Shown here: positions 38,635 through 49,770 of the stretch, piece by piece
Numbering within the stretch: position 1 is the stretch's first letter
Layout: each line of letters starts with the position of its first letter
Source of the DNA: Lepidodermella squamata
Lineage: Eukaryota; Animalia; Gastrotricha
Direction of reading: 5' to 3'
Assembly: GCA_047495785.1 (NCBI GenBank)
Contig: JBLDXI010000011.1
Coordinates: 1,240,001-1,304,000 of the forward strand
DNA: 64,000 nucleotides
Position numbers and translations under genes: made by a program
The notes under the pieces: model-generated
Told to the model about the DNA's origin: nothing
Databases searched by the model: none
Seen by the model: only the letters and a program-made list of their open reading frames with translations

Positions 38635-40960
38635 TCAGAACTTTATCCACGGTGGGATTTTGTTTTGCATAGCAGCATATGCCGTACCAAATTTGTTAAC
38701 ATTGCAAAAAGTGCAAGTTGTCCCCTGGCTGGCTAAATTTAGCCGTAGCTGACGAACGAAGTGAAGCGTGTCGCCGAATTTAACCGGATGAATGAACTCC
38801 AGGGTTGTATTGTAAACTTCAACCAGTGGATGGCTGCGAACGATGCCCTGGCCCCAGTCGTGCGCTACCCAGCTCAAGTCTTGAATGTCAGCATGGGGCG
38901 CTAAAACACGCAAGGCCGTTATAAGACCAATCTCCATGAAAACTTCATGCCTGCAGTGAAATTGAGTTATGAATTCATATAGCGCTGATGACAGATTCGA
39001 CTCACTTTCCCAGCAGACTCAAGAGGGGCATTGCGTTGTGAAAGTACGATTTTGGCATGTAGAACACGTCTCCGGACGCAAGGCCTAACATGCGACGCTC
39101 TCCGCCGGTCGCGTTGGTCAAATTTGTCTTCACTTCAAGCCAGTAAGTACTTGAGACTTTGATATCGCTGTTTGGCGATGCCTCTCCAGCGATCAATTTG
39201 TCGAGATCGTCGAAGAAAATTGTGGTCTGATTGCGATTATGAATTTGCCACTGCCAATTCTGTCGCCAATCGTCGTTCATACAATCGAAAGAATTGTTGC
39301 TGCTAATTTTATGACAGAAATAACCCTGAAAATAAAATGTTCGAAATTGGCAGAAAATCGTTTGGAAAAGTACACAAATACCTACAAATCATTTCACTTT
39401 TTTGCAATTTTCTATATCAATGCTAGATTTTATAACTAATTGTCTTGGTGGGTTGGATAGAAATTTGACTTGAAAATTGCACCAGCTCTCCATTGCTAAC
39501 ACAAGAAGCTAACTTGTTCAGTAACATGGACTCGGAAATCGGAAATCCCTGGATGAGAAGTTGAGGAATTCCGTACGCTAGAGACAGAAAATGCCTGCAA
39601 ATCGAATTCAGTCGCTAAAGCTGCGGCTAAAAAATCGAATCAGATTAGGTCAGCTTTCTTTTTCTAATCTAGAGATAGCTCTTGCGGATAGAAAACATGG
39701 ACAATTTGCAGATTTAAAATAACAGCTTTTTCCAAGCTTTTAGACAGTGGTTCTGAAATTTTTGAGGCTGTAAAAGAAAAGTGGCACGCCAAAGGTCTCG
39801 CGTGCCATCCAACATTTTTCGGCAAATGCCTTAGAAAACATTGCTCCACCAAATCGCTGTTGCAAGGTTTAGAAAGGGTAGTTGTTGTTAAAATCGATCT
39901 TCTATTGGTTATCAAGCTCAACGAATATAACTAATTTCATACAATTTCTTGGATCCTGGAGCTGCCAGAAAAGGGAAAAATGTGTTGATGTATTTGCCCA
40001 AATATGGCTGGTGATTTCAAAAAATGCATGAGGGAAGCGAGAAAATGCTGAAGATTATCTATTAAAAACTAAAACACGCTCTAAAACCGTTCAAAACGAA
40101 CGAACTGAGGCAGTGACGAAATAGCAGGCTAAAATTACATTTTGTGTCCGGTCTGGCCGAGCTGGGAGATGTTAACCCCTGCTGCCCTCCCTGAAAGTCG
40201 AATGAGGATGATCCCCCAATCCCCCTGAAAGTCGCACACTTCTCCCCACTTCTCACTTACCAAAAGCGTTTTAAGACTCGAATTTAATATCAAACTAGGA
40301 CACCTTTCTAAAAAGGATCAGTCAATTCATGAGACTTTTACATCAACCATTCTAAGCTGGTGAGTAACGCAGGTGTTTGTATGGGCTCCTCAAATCGATG
40401 GACCCATCTTATTAAGAGGGGACTTATGCTTATGATACCGAATTCGGAATTCAGGCTCAAGTTCGAATATATCAAATTGTTGACATCAAAACATTGCGAA
40501 CTCACGGTATCTACAGCAAACGGGTGATCTCGGTCAGGTTTCAGCAGCCAAAGCTTCTTCAAAGATTTGTTGTAAGCGTCTTTCAAGTTCCAGTAGTTGA
40601 CTAGCAAGTCATCCGACATGACTAGAGCGCCATCGAAGTCGTCACCGACAGCCTCGACCGCTCGTGGCAGGCATGCGTACGTTGCTATGAGCTCACCTCT
40701 TTCGGGAAAGCCGTAGTTGACGAAAGGCGCAACCTTTTCCGAAACAGCGGTTTTAAATTGTGTCTCGTGATGCGGCCAAAAATTTGCTGTCGGGCCACAG
40801 AATACAATTTTAGCGAACACATCTCGATATAGTGATAGAACTTTGGCAGCTGACTCGTAGTTTGGGTAGTTGTAATGCAAAACTAGAAGGATCCTGCGGA
40901 AATCATGAATTTATCCACTCGAGTCAAATCTGGCCAAGCAGCCTTTGCTGATTTGAAGTA
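38635..40960 (-). pseudogene. STELLO/DUF288-like gene 3 with an apparent 1-nt frameshift near 40903; exons ~40960-40506, 39325-39006, 38950-38635
   Basis: Motifs RILLVLHYNYP, KIVFCGP, GALVMSDDLLVNYW, GDVFYMPK and HEVFMEIG, with canonical splice sites matching gene 4. The upstream segment KAAWPDLTRVDKF is in a different frame from FRRILLV. The 5' end is not resolved. Confidence 0.7.
40141..40240 (-). mobile_element. Diverged partial copy of the 17703 hAT MITE family
   Basis: ggccgagctggg...gatgatccccc..tccccctgaaagtcgcacact. Confidence 0.65.
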
Positions 40961-41745
40961 TTGTGAATACTGAATCAGAACATGCGCCCAGAAAGCACCT
41001 AAAAATCCGATAATTTAAACTCGCGATCAATTTCAGAGTAAAAAAGCTAAAAGCAACACCGTTGATTTATTGTTCGATCAATATATAACATATAACGCAT
41101 TCAATATTGCAACCATGTTTTATGAGACCCATCCATCGTGAAATCTCGTCAATGTGCACTCATGCATGACATTCCTGTGGTGACTTGATAAGGCAAGGTG
41201 AAATCGGCCTCAAATTCGATATCAAAAAGTCTGAGTCGTTTTTTCGTTACGTGCATGTCATGTCTGAGTTCGCGTTGACGAAATTTCACGATGAATCAGT
41301 CTCATGGTGGATCTTTCACAAAGCCATTTGGACTGCACAGACAATTTTGAAGAAGATTAACCGAAGATCCAAGGCATAGGCTTGGAAGGCCGTAACTGCC
41401 AAGCCTATGCATTGAGATAACTTGGACTTTTCGAATTTGCTGGCAAAATCGGGAGTCTTTCCCTATTTTCATCAAGTTGGACCTGAGGTTCAGGACCTTT
41501 CAGGTTGCCTGAGGTTTCCAACTCTAATTTCGTGATTTTGGAGACAAATTTGATAAGGCCAAGTTATCTGAGCAGAACATTATGGTCGAAAAGTTTCGAA
41601 TATTACGTGACCGGAAAGCATTATGCCGGAAAGCCGCTCAAGTACGAATTTCAGAAAATGCGAAAATGCGAATATTCACTCCGATAAATAAAACTGTCAT
41701 TTTTATTGTTTATTGTGGAGAGCGCCAACAGATCTGCTGTACCCT

Positions 41746-42706
41746 TCATGCACATGTAGTACACGTATCGAAACCAGGGGCGAGATAGGCTATTGAGGCG
41801 CTAAAACACAGTTTGTTATTTCGCGATAGAAGAATGCAGCACTCCTGAAAAGTTGCAGCGTCCAATTTACTGTCTTTGGTAGGCTAAAATCAAAAGGATC
41901 GAATCAACATAAAACAACCGTTTTTAGTTACAAAAATCTACCTTTGTGGTGCCGGCAACATTATTGCCTACTGAGGTATATGGGAAGTGAAAACACGATG
42001 CATCGGAATTCGCCCCGGTATTTGAATTTGTTATTTTGTAAGCGTTATCAGCGTCGACTTTGCCAATTCACGCCACTGCTGGCGGATAGCCGGGGACCAT
42101 CTCGTATATTAGACCATTACCTGCTGCGTTTGCAGCATCACAACAGTCCGTGAACGTTTTTACCGCGGCAGAAGAAGACTGAGAAGTTGAATAGAAAATA
42201 AATCCCAGTTTACATCGCGGTTAAGTCTTACAGCTGTCCTGAGTTGGAGAACCGAATTGCATGCGCCAGCATTCGATGTGCAGAATGGGACATTTTCCCG
42301 ACCGTTGCAGCATCGCCCTCGGTCTCTGTTATTACACACAGATTGTACACGGCCTGTTGCGGCAAAATTCACAGTAACTGATTAGGATGGGAATCACTGA
42401 ACTTACAGGGCATGAACCAGTGGACGGAGTGCAAGTCGGACATGTTGGGCAAGACGGTGATGATCCTCCGCTTTTTGCGACACAGTTGTTTTGAGTCGCA
42501 TCGCAAACGTTAGCAGATGCTACGCAAGACGATCCAGAGCTGCAGGGACTGGCCGCCGTCGATAGACAGCTCTGGCCATTGGGGCAGGTCGGCGCGGGGG
42601 AATCGTTGGATGTTGTCCTCGGGCATGGTGTAGTTGTGGTTGGCGTAGGGCATCCATTGGCAATGCCACATGCAGCGGCTACTAGAGCAAGGATGACGAA
42701 TTCCAT
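41746..42706 (-). CDS. Secreted Cys/Thr/Ser-rich multi-exon protein
   Basis: Signal peptide MEFVILALVAAACGIANG and a Cys-rich first exon. Downstream exon-like blocks encode VCNN..GRCC..PFC..C, KTFTDCCDAA, SCFHFPY and ATFQECC..LCF. The first donor phase is not resolved. Confidence 0.6.
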
Positions 42707-43131
42707 CGAAAGAAAATAACTGAAAGAGTAATTTTTGAAAAAAGCCGATGAGGCAGAGCTTAAATATTCGCGAACAGGATTGACGAAATTCGGCTGCCCC
42801 TGCCCAGGGATGCCAACTCGTGTTCAGGACGCAATCACATAAGGTGGTCGCACTCGTCGTGGCCAGACAGGAGACAAATTTGATTGAAAAATACCCAGTC
42901 TAGGCATCCCTAGTAGTCATTATAGGCAAGAGAGTTAAAATTTGTAATTAGATAGTTTATAAAAGCCATACGTCAGCCATACGTATCAATAACGCAAAAA
43001 ATGAGTTCGTCAGACAATGGAGTAGATTTTGTCATAATATAACAAAAAGACGCTAGATAAGTTTGATACGGTGAACAGATAAGGCTCTACTCAGTCGCAC
43101 CTGAGGTCGAGTCGGTGGCAAAAAACCTTAA

Positions 43132-43636
43132 CCCTTTTTAGCCGTGGGTTACACGGGTGTAACATTCAATCTAACTTGATTATTTTCGCCTATCAGACTC
43201 TAAATGAGATACGACGTATGAAATCGGAATAACCGTTTGTCTAGCTTTCCAATGACATATAACACTAAGGCACATTTCCATGTTATCACCTCATCCTCCC
43301 GTGTCAAAAAAGCTCGAAGGATCCAGTCAATTAGTCACTAATTAGGGTAATTAGCTTACGTAACACCAATTATCCCAACCTGAGTGAATTTTTATGCTTC
43401 CAAGGATTCCTAGGTTTTCCTATGCGTAGATGAAGCTAGTGAAATCCGTTTTAGATTCACAGTTACAGTTTACGAGATCTGTAGATTCCCAAGCATTTTT
43501 TGAAGTTACGTAACTATCTGCCCGTTATCAATATATAAGAAATAGATTCAGATTCTAGATCAGCGGACCAGGTTACCCCTAGGCCCGATTCTCCAAGTTA
43601 ACAACGTGCATATTTCTATATGCCGGTCAAAAAGGG
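43132..43636. mobile_element. piggyBac-type MITE (505 bp)
   Basis: TTAA|CCCTTTTTAGCCG ... CCGGTCAAAAAGGG|TTAA. Confidence 0.8.
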
Positions 43637-44309
43637 TTAATGAATGCCGCCATTATTATTTCGTGACCACTTTAATTCTAATGAGAAAAAGCCAATAAAA
43701 GTGAAATATAATCGCAGCCCTGATTTTAACCTGTTTGTATGGTTTGGCGATTTTAGCTCTTCGAATCTTCGAAAGTCGTCTTGGAATCTTGGAAACTCTT
43801 TCAATCAAACATAAGGTGATAGTGGACGACACCCGGGTCCATCTGTTGCCCCTCCGCGAAAACTGATTGGCTGGATTACCCTCACGATCTCAAGTAGCCA
43901 TTTCGAGTTTCTAGTTTTCTGAGTCAGTGTGCTCCTGTTGTTCGTTGCCTACACCGCGACATCGCCAAGGCAGTGAGTAAGATGCCAAGGCTTGGTGATC
44001 GGATCTCAGCTCCAAGCAGAATCCGAGATTCCCACTCAGGCGGAGGAGATTCCGCCTAACGTAAAAAACTTCGTGAGAAATTTCAGAACCCACTTTATTG
44101 TTAGAAATCTGACTTTATTTAATTATTGCAACAAAAAAGGTTCGTGCAATATTTCGGCACTCAAAATATCAACCGAGTTGAGGGGAAGAAAACGAGTCTA
44201 ACAATAGGACCTAATAATCTAAGATATTTGGACGGGGTTCAATAGTGAGGTATGAGGTATCCTTCATCGAGTTGACTGAATTTTCGGTGAAATCCCATGC
44301 ATGACTGAT

Positions 44310-47300
44310 TCACAGTTTATCCAGATATTGACCCGATGTCTTGCAGGTATCATTCGTTCGCTGGTGGTACAATTTCAAAAGCAGCGTATTCGCGATTTCA
44401 TTGTGGCCACTCCGCATCGCTAGCTCAACAACCGTCAAGCCGTCCCATTTCCAGCTCAAACAAACACCATAACTTGCGATCAACAGACGAACTATTTCAA
44501 AATGGCCATTCCTAGCCGCAGCGTGGATCGCGGCCATGCCATCTCGAGACGTAGCATTCACGTCAGCGTTAGCCTCGACCAAGGCCTTAGCGACTTGAAA
44601 ATGGCCTGAAGTACAGGCTGAGATCAAAACGGACCTTCCATGGCGAGACTCAACCACATTAACATCCGCCCCAGCCTCGACCAACTGCTTAACAACCGGA
44701 AAATGGCCGTTTGTAGCTGCGGCGTAGAGAGCAGTCTCGCCATGAAAATTCCGGCCATCCAGCTCAAATTTTTGATAACTTCGCAGGAATTCTTCAACCA
44801 CCTTCGACCTGCCATACTTCGCCGCTAGGAAAAAGGCTGTCTGCCCCTCGAAATCTTGGGAACTCACGGAGACCTGCCTTTCAAGCAAAACTCGAGTTAT
44901 CTCAAAGCAACCGTAGATCGACGCGACCATTAACGGAGTCAGCTTTCCGCTTTCAGTCGGTAAATTCATCGCAACTCCGTATTTTTCGAGAATTTTCACA
45001 ATTTCGACATTTCGACTGCGGTAACACGCGTGATGCAGCGCGTTTCGACCGTCTTTGTCCAGTAAATTCACCCTAGCGCCGTATTTAGACAGTAGTTTCT
45101 CAGCGATTTTCAAATGGCCATTCCTCGCTGCGATCATAAGCGGGGTCAGCCCGTTTTTCAGCTTCAAATCCGGTGAAATGAGTAAATTTGCGTTCATTAG
45201 AGCTTTGAAAGCGTTCAAACGGCCGAAATGGATCGATATGACTAGTGCTAGTTCTTTCGAATTGTAATCAATCGCCGATAAATCGATTTTGTCCAACATG
45301 TAGATCGATTTGAATGTTTCGACACTGATTGTGTAGCTACTAGGATCACAATCTAAGTAAAGACTAGCCAGTATTTCCATTGTTTGAGCTGATTCGTCGT
45401 TTGTTGGGATGGCGTAGTCGGTTAGGGAGGATTCGATGTCTAAGAGGCAGGCTTTTTCGCTCCGAGTGGTCTGGCCGCCGCTTGATAGGATGAACCTCGC
45501 GACTTCTTCATGGCCATTCGAGGCAGCGATGAACAGTGGGGATTCGTATTTCTTATTACGAACGTTGACTACGTTTATGAAATTCGAAATCTGACAAGAA
45601 AATGAATAAATAAAAATCAAATATTTAAAGAAAAATCACTGTAGCAATGGATAACTTTGAAGCTGAAAGCTGAACGATGAGGCAGTAGAATAAAGATATC
45701 TTCATTGATTCTTGAGGCCACAATATACGATGGAGGAGGAATTTCAATTTTGGGGGGAAAATCGGGTACAAATTGGCAATAAAAGCTCCTCTTTAAAGAA
45801 CTACTCAAATTTTTCCAGAAATGTATTCATTCAATTTCGAATCTCAATTTCAGCTTTCAGCAATCAGCCAACAAAAATTATGCTCACCTTGCTCTCGGCA
45901 TCAACAAGAGCCGTCAGAATGGCCAAATCGCCCCGTCTCGCCGCTCGAATTGCCGCAGTATCGCCATTCGCATCGCCCTGATTCAGCTCTGCATCTCGCT
46001 GTAGCAAAATCTCACGGCAAACCTCAAGATGGCCGTATTCAGCCGCTATAATCAAAGCAGTCTCGCCGATTACATTCGTCGAATTTACGTTAAACTCGTA
46101 AGCGTCTCCTATCAAATCGGCGACCATAAAAGGCCTACCCTCCTTTGAAGCGATCAGCAAAGCATCATTGCCCTCCTTATCACGAATATTGTAAAACTTG
46201 ATCGACTCGTTCAAAACCCGGCCTTCGTTCCACAAAAATTTAGCAAGGTGGCGTAGTTCTAGACCAGCAGCGAGTAGGAAGGCGTTCGACTGCCAATCCC
46301 CGCCCTGCCTCACCGACCCGAACTGGTAGATTGTCTCGAAAAGCTCGCGGTAAACACTGCGACCCTGATTATCGTTATGCTTGATCAAATCCGAAGTTCG
46401 CTCACTGTCGATTCGCAGCAGAAAATCCGTCAGACGACACGCAAGTTCGAAAAATTCCCCCGATTTACCGAACAAACTATGCAGGCCAGTCTCCTCGCGT
46501 TCGAAATGCGTCTTCATCTCGCAAAGGTCCAGCAAAAGTAACGAGGCATGCGGGTTTTCCTCAAAAACTCGGATGATTCTCGCTACAATCGATGGCTGGT
46601 TGGTTTTAGCCGCGAAATGCAGGATATTTCCGCATAAAATCGGCCGAGTTAGATTGTTGTGTAGCAATTTGATGAAAATTTCCGAAATTCGACTGACCCG
46701 CTCAACTTTTTGGCACTCCTCCAAAATCACTTCGAAAATACTCGTTGGAAGGCTGTAGTAGCACTTCGTATCATTCTCCCCAGTCCATTCTTGGAGTAAC
46801 CCTTTCCGCGCCAATAAGTGGCAAATATTCCTCAATCGGTCGTTCGGCATATCTCGAGCAAACTCTGCAATTTCATCGAACGAAACAACAGCCCCGCGCC
46901 CGAAAAATACGATGCCGTAGTAAATTTCCCGGCAAATATCACTTTCCTGCCAGAAAAATCGTCGGTAGTAGTCTCGAATGGTTTCCTCACTTGTTAGAGG
47001 GTTAGATAAGATTGAAGGTGATAGTAAGGACAGCGCAGCTTCGCTATTGATGTCCACCTTATTCGATAGGGTTTGGTCTTCCAACAAGTTCACCCCAGCT
47101 TGTCTAAATGCCTCTCGGACTATATTTGCCGCTAACGGGGATCCGTTACATTGGGCAACGAGGGTAGTTAGGTCTGTCGTCGAGACGGGTACTTTTCCCT
47201 CTGTTAGGATGATTTTTCTTAATGAGGATTTTGGCATCGCGCCAAGTTTCATGCTACCCTTAGGGCTTGCGAACCTTTCGTTGATTCTCAGGTAGTGACG

Positions 47301-48696
47301 GGAAATCAATAGGCACCTTGCGTCTGGCGATGCGTCGATGATTTGGCAGACTTCTTGAATCGCCAAATCACAGTCTGGCATGTTGTCGAAGACAATGAGG
47401 ACGTTTTTGCTGGCCATTGCGTAGTTTTCGTAGCAGAACTGGCGTAAGTAAGGCAGTACGTCGCATTTTTCGATTTTGTTGCCTAGTTTCAACGAATCTG
47501 CGATGCTTGCGTAGAATTTGCGGCTGTTGAACGCGAATTTCGCGCCCCAGGGTTCGTGCGTGGTGTCGCAACTCTGGTCAAGGTTGATCCACACGATAAG
47601 GCCGAGCTTGCACTGGCGGATGAAGTTGGCGCTTCGAGCTAGGCTGTACGCTGCAAACATGGACTTGCCAGTGCTTTCGTCGCCACGCAATGTTGCGATT
47701 GTTTTCCCACCTGGAAAGAAATAACACAGAATAACAATAAAGATTCAGAGGATTCAGATAGAATCAGATAGATAAGAAAATAAATATTCGATTCCGGATT
47801 TGATTGGGAGTAAAATGATTCTATAAGTTGGGCTACTATTAGGATGATTCAGGAATTTGTCCCTCAAAGGCATTTTCTCCACCCTTTGACGATATTTGTG
47901 TCTACTTTAGCTGCTTTAAAGCTCGAAAAGCCCAAGGGTAATATTCAGTAATTTTTGGTATTTTGCGTGGTTTTACGGTTTTTTCATTCTAGATCCCAAA
48001 TTTCGTAGGAATTTGAAACTTCGCCGGCCATAAAATTGAACTCGCTGCAAATGTCAGTCTTTTTTAGTAATTTTTCATGCATGTTCAAAGCCCCTGATTG
48101 TTTTCTGATTCGGAATGATAGAATTTTAAAGATAGTGGGAAAAACCCGAAAAATTACCGAAATCGGGCTTTTTCGGGATTTCATGAAAAAATGAAAAATC
48201 CCGAAAAATCAAATTTTTTATTTCCCCTGAAATCGGGAATCCTTTTGTTTTATGAGAATTAATCATTAATCACCTTACCTGGCTCGAACATGGCTTTGAC
48301 TTTCGCCTGAAGTTCGCCCTCCGACCGGCCGGCAGCTCGATGGTAGACAAAATTAACACTTGGCACAGGGCCAAGTGTCATAACCTCACACGGCTTGCCA
48401 AACGGGTAATCCTTATGCCGATTCTTGCAAAATACATACAAACAAAGCGTTACTGCAACGACACAACCAGCGACGCCAAACGCAACAGAAAGCAGCGTGA
48501 AATTGTTGCAGAACACCAACCATTGGCACGATTCGTTGTTGAAGCCCAAAAAGTTGACTAGTGTATCATTGAAGAACGACTGCATGCGAGCCGACGATGT
48601 AGTCGATTCGGCTCGGTCAACTGATATCGTGACATTGCCGCTGAAACGCAGCAGCACGTTGGATTTTTCTTCCTCGGAATCTTCGTGTTCAAACAT
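44310..48696 (-). CDS. Single-pass transmembrane NB-ARC (STAND NTPase) + ankyrin-repeat protein; exons 48696-48279, 47710-45888, 45590-44310 (~1173 aa)
   Basis: TM LLSVAFGVAGCVVAVTLCLYVFC followed by KNRHK. NB-ARC motifs: P..NFV..R, Walker A GDESTGKS, Walker B VLIVFDN, LLISR, CNGSPLA and winged-helix LARKGLL. More than 10 ankyrin repeats (G.TPL..AA..GH). Splice phases 1 and 0 join in frame. Confidence 0.85.
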
Positions 48697-49397
48697 TATC
48701 AAGCGATGAGTGCAAAATCATTAATTGAGGCGTAGTGCGAATGCGCGTCGTATAAAAAAACTGTTTAATTAGATGAATTACGATAACAGATAACGCTCTC
48801 ACCTGGTTTCATTAATAATTCATCACATATCATAATTTGAGGCTTTTGATCGATAAAAATGTGTCGTTGTTTATTTTTCGAGCTCATTTGTGTAACGTGT
48901 AAAACATTTGTGGTCAGTTTTGCTGCGGCTAACACTTATTCGTGTAATCAATAGCGATTAAACGTGCACTTGTAGGTAAATAAAGTCAAGCGTCGATAGT
49001 TGAGCACTCGTGGGAGCAATCCCCAAAGAAGGTTTCAGTTTTGAATGTTTGCACCGCCGGAGTCCATTCAGGTTCCATTCTAGCGCAACATTTTGCTATT
49101 AGGAACACTTTACCTCCTTGCTTCTATTTGATGAATTGCCTTGCGACTTGGTCCTGCTTCCTTCAGAAGTAAAGAAAACTTTCCGATTTTGCTTCCCAAG
49201 CCCCAAGACTAGTCTTATTTCTTGCATCACTTTTAGTATCAGTTTGAGACTTCAGCTTCGAAATTCGGTTGAACTGACACGTAGAAATATTTTTAGTTTT
49301 CAGAACGCAGAATGCATGCAATGAGTAGGCGAGAAACACAGATTGAATGGTACTGATAAGGGTCGCGAAAAGCAAATAAATCGACTATGAGAAGTCT

Positions 49398-49577
49398 ACG
49401 GCGACAAAACAGCAACTTCGCTGAACAGCGAATGCGACAAAATAGCAAATTTTTTATTTCGCTGCAAAACAGCGAAAACCTGATATGTAAAAAATGTGTC
49501 GTGTTTCTGCTGTTATGTTGCAGGTTGCTGTTTTGTCGCGTTTGCTTTTTTGGGTGTTTGCTGTTACGACGGTCTGC
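49398..49577. repeat. Dispersed repeat family (CGACAAAACAGC units), copy 1
   Basis: Similar to 51023-51208 (reverse orientation) and 61080-61215, with internal inverted symmetry. Confidence 0.7.
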
Positions 49578-49770
49578 CGAAAAATCACTGAAAATAATTC
49601 TTTCAAAGAAACAGGACGAGCACGATCTTGGGCACATTTCAAGCTGTTTCGCTGCGAATTCACTATAGGTACACATCGCATCGTGACAATCAGTCAGCTA
49701 GTTTGAATCAATTTTTCAACGGTAACATGTGCTCGCGATGGGTTTTGCGAGCAGCTTTCAGTTTTATTAA

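Noticed and set aside
49118-49706. Cluster of short ORFs as upstream exons of the NB-ARC gene
   Set aside because: They mostly overlap a dispersed repeat, and no convincing in-phase splice path to 48696 was found.
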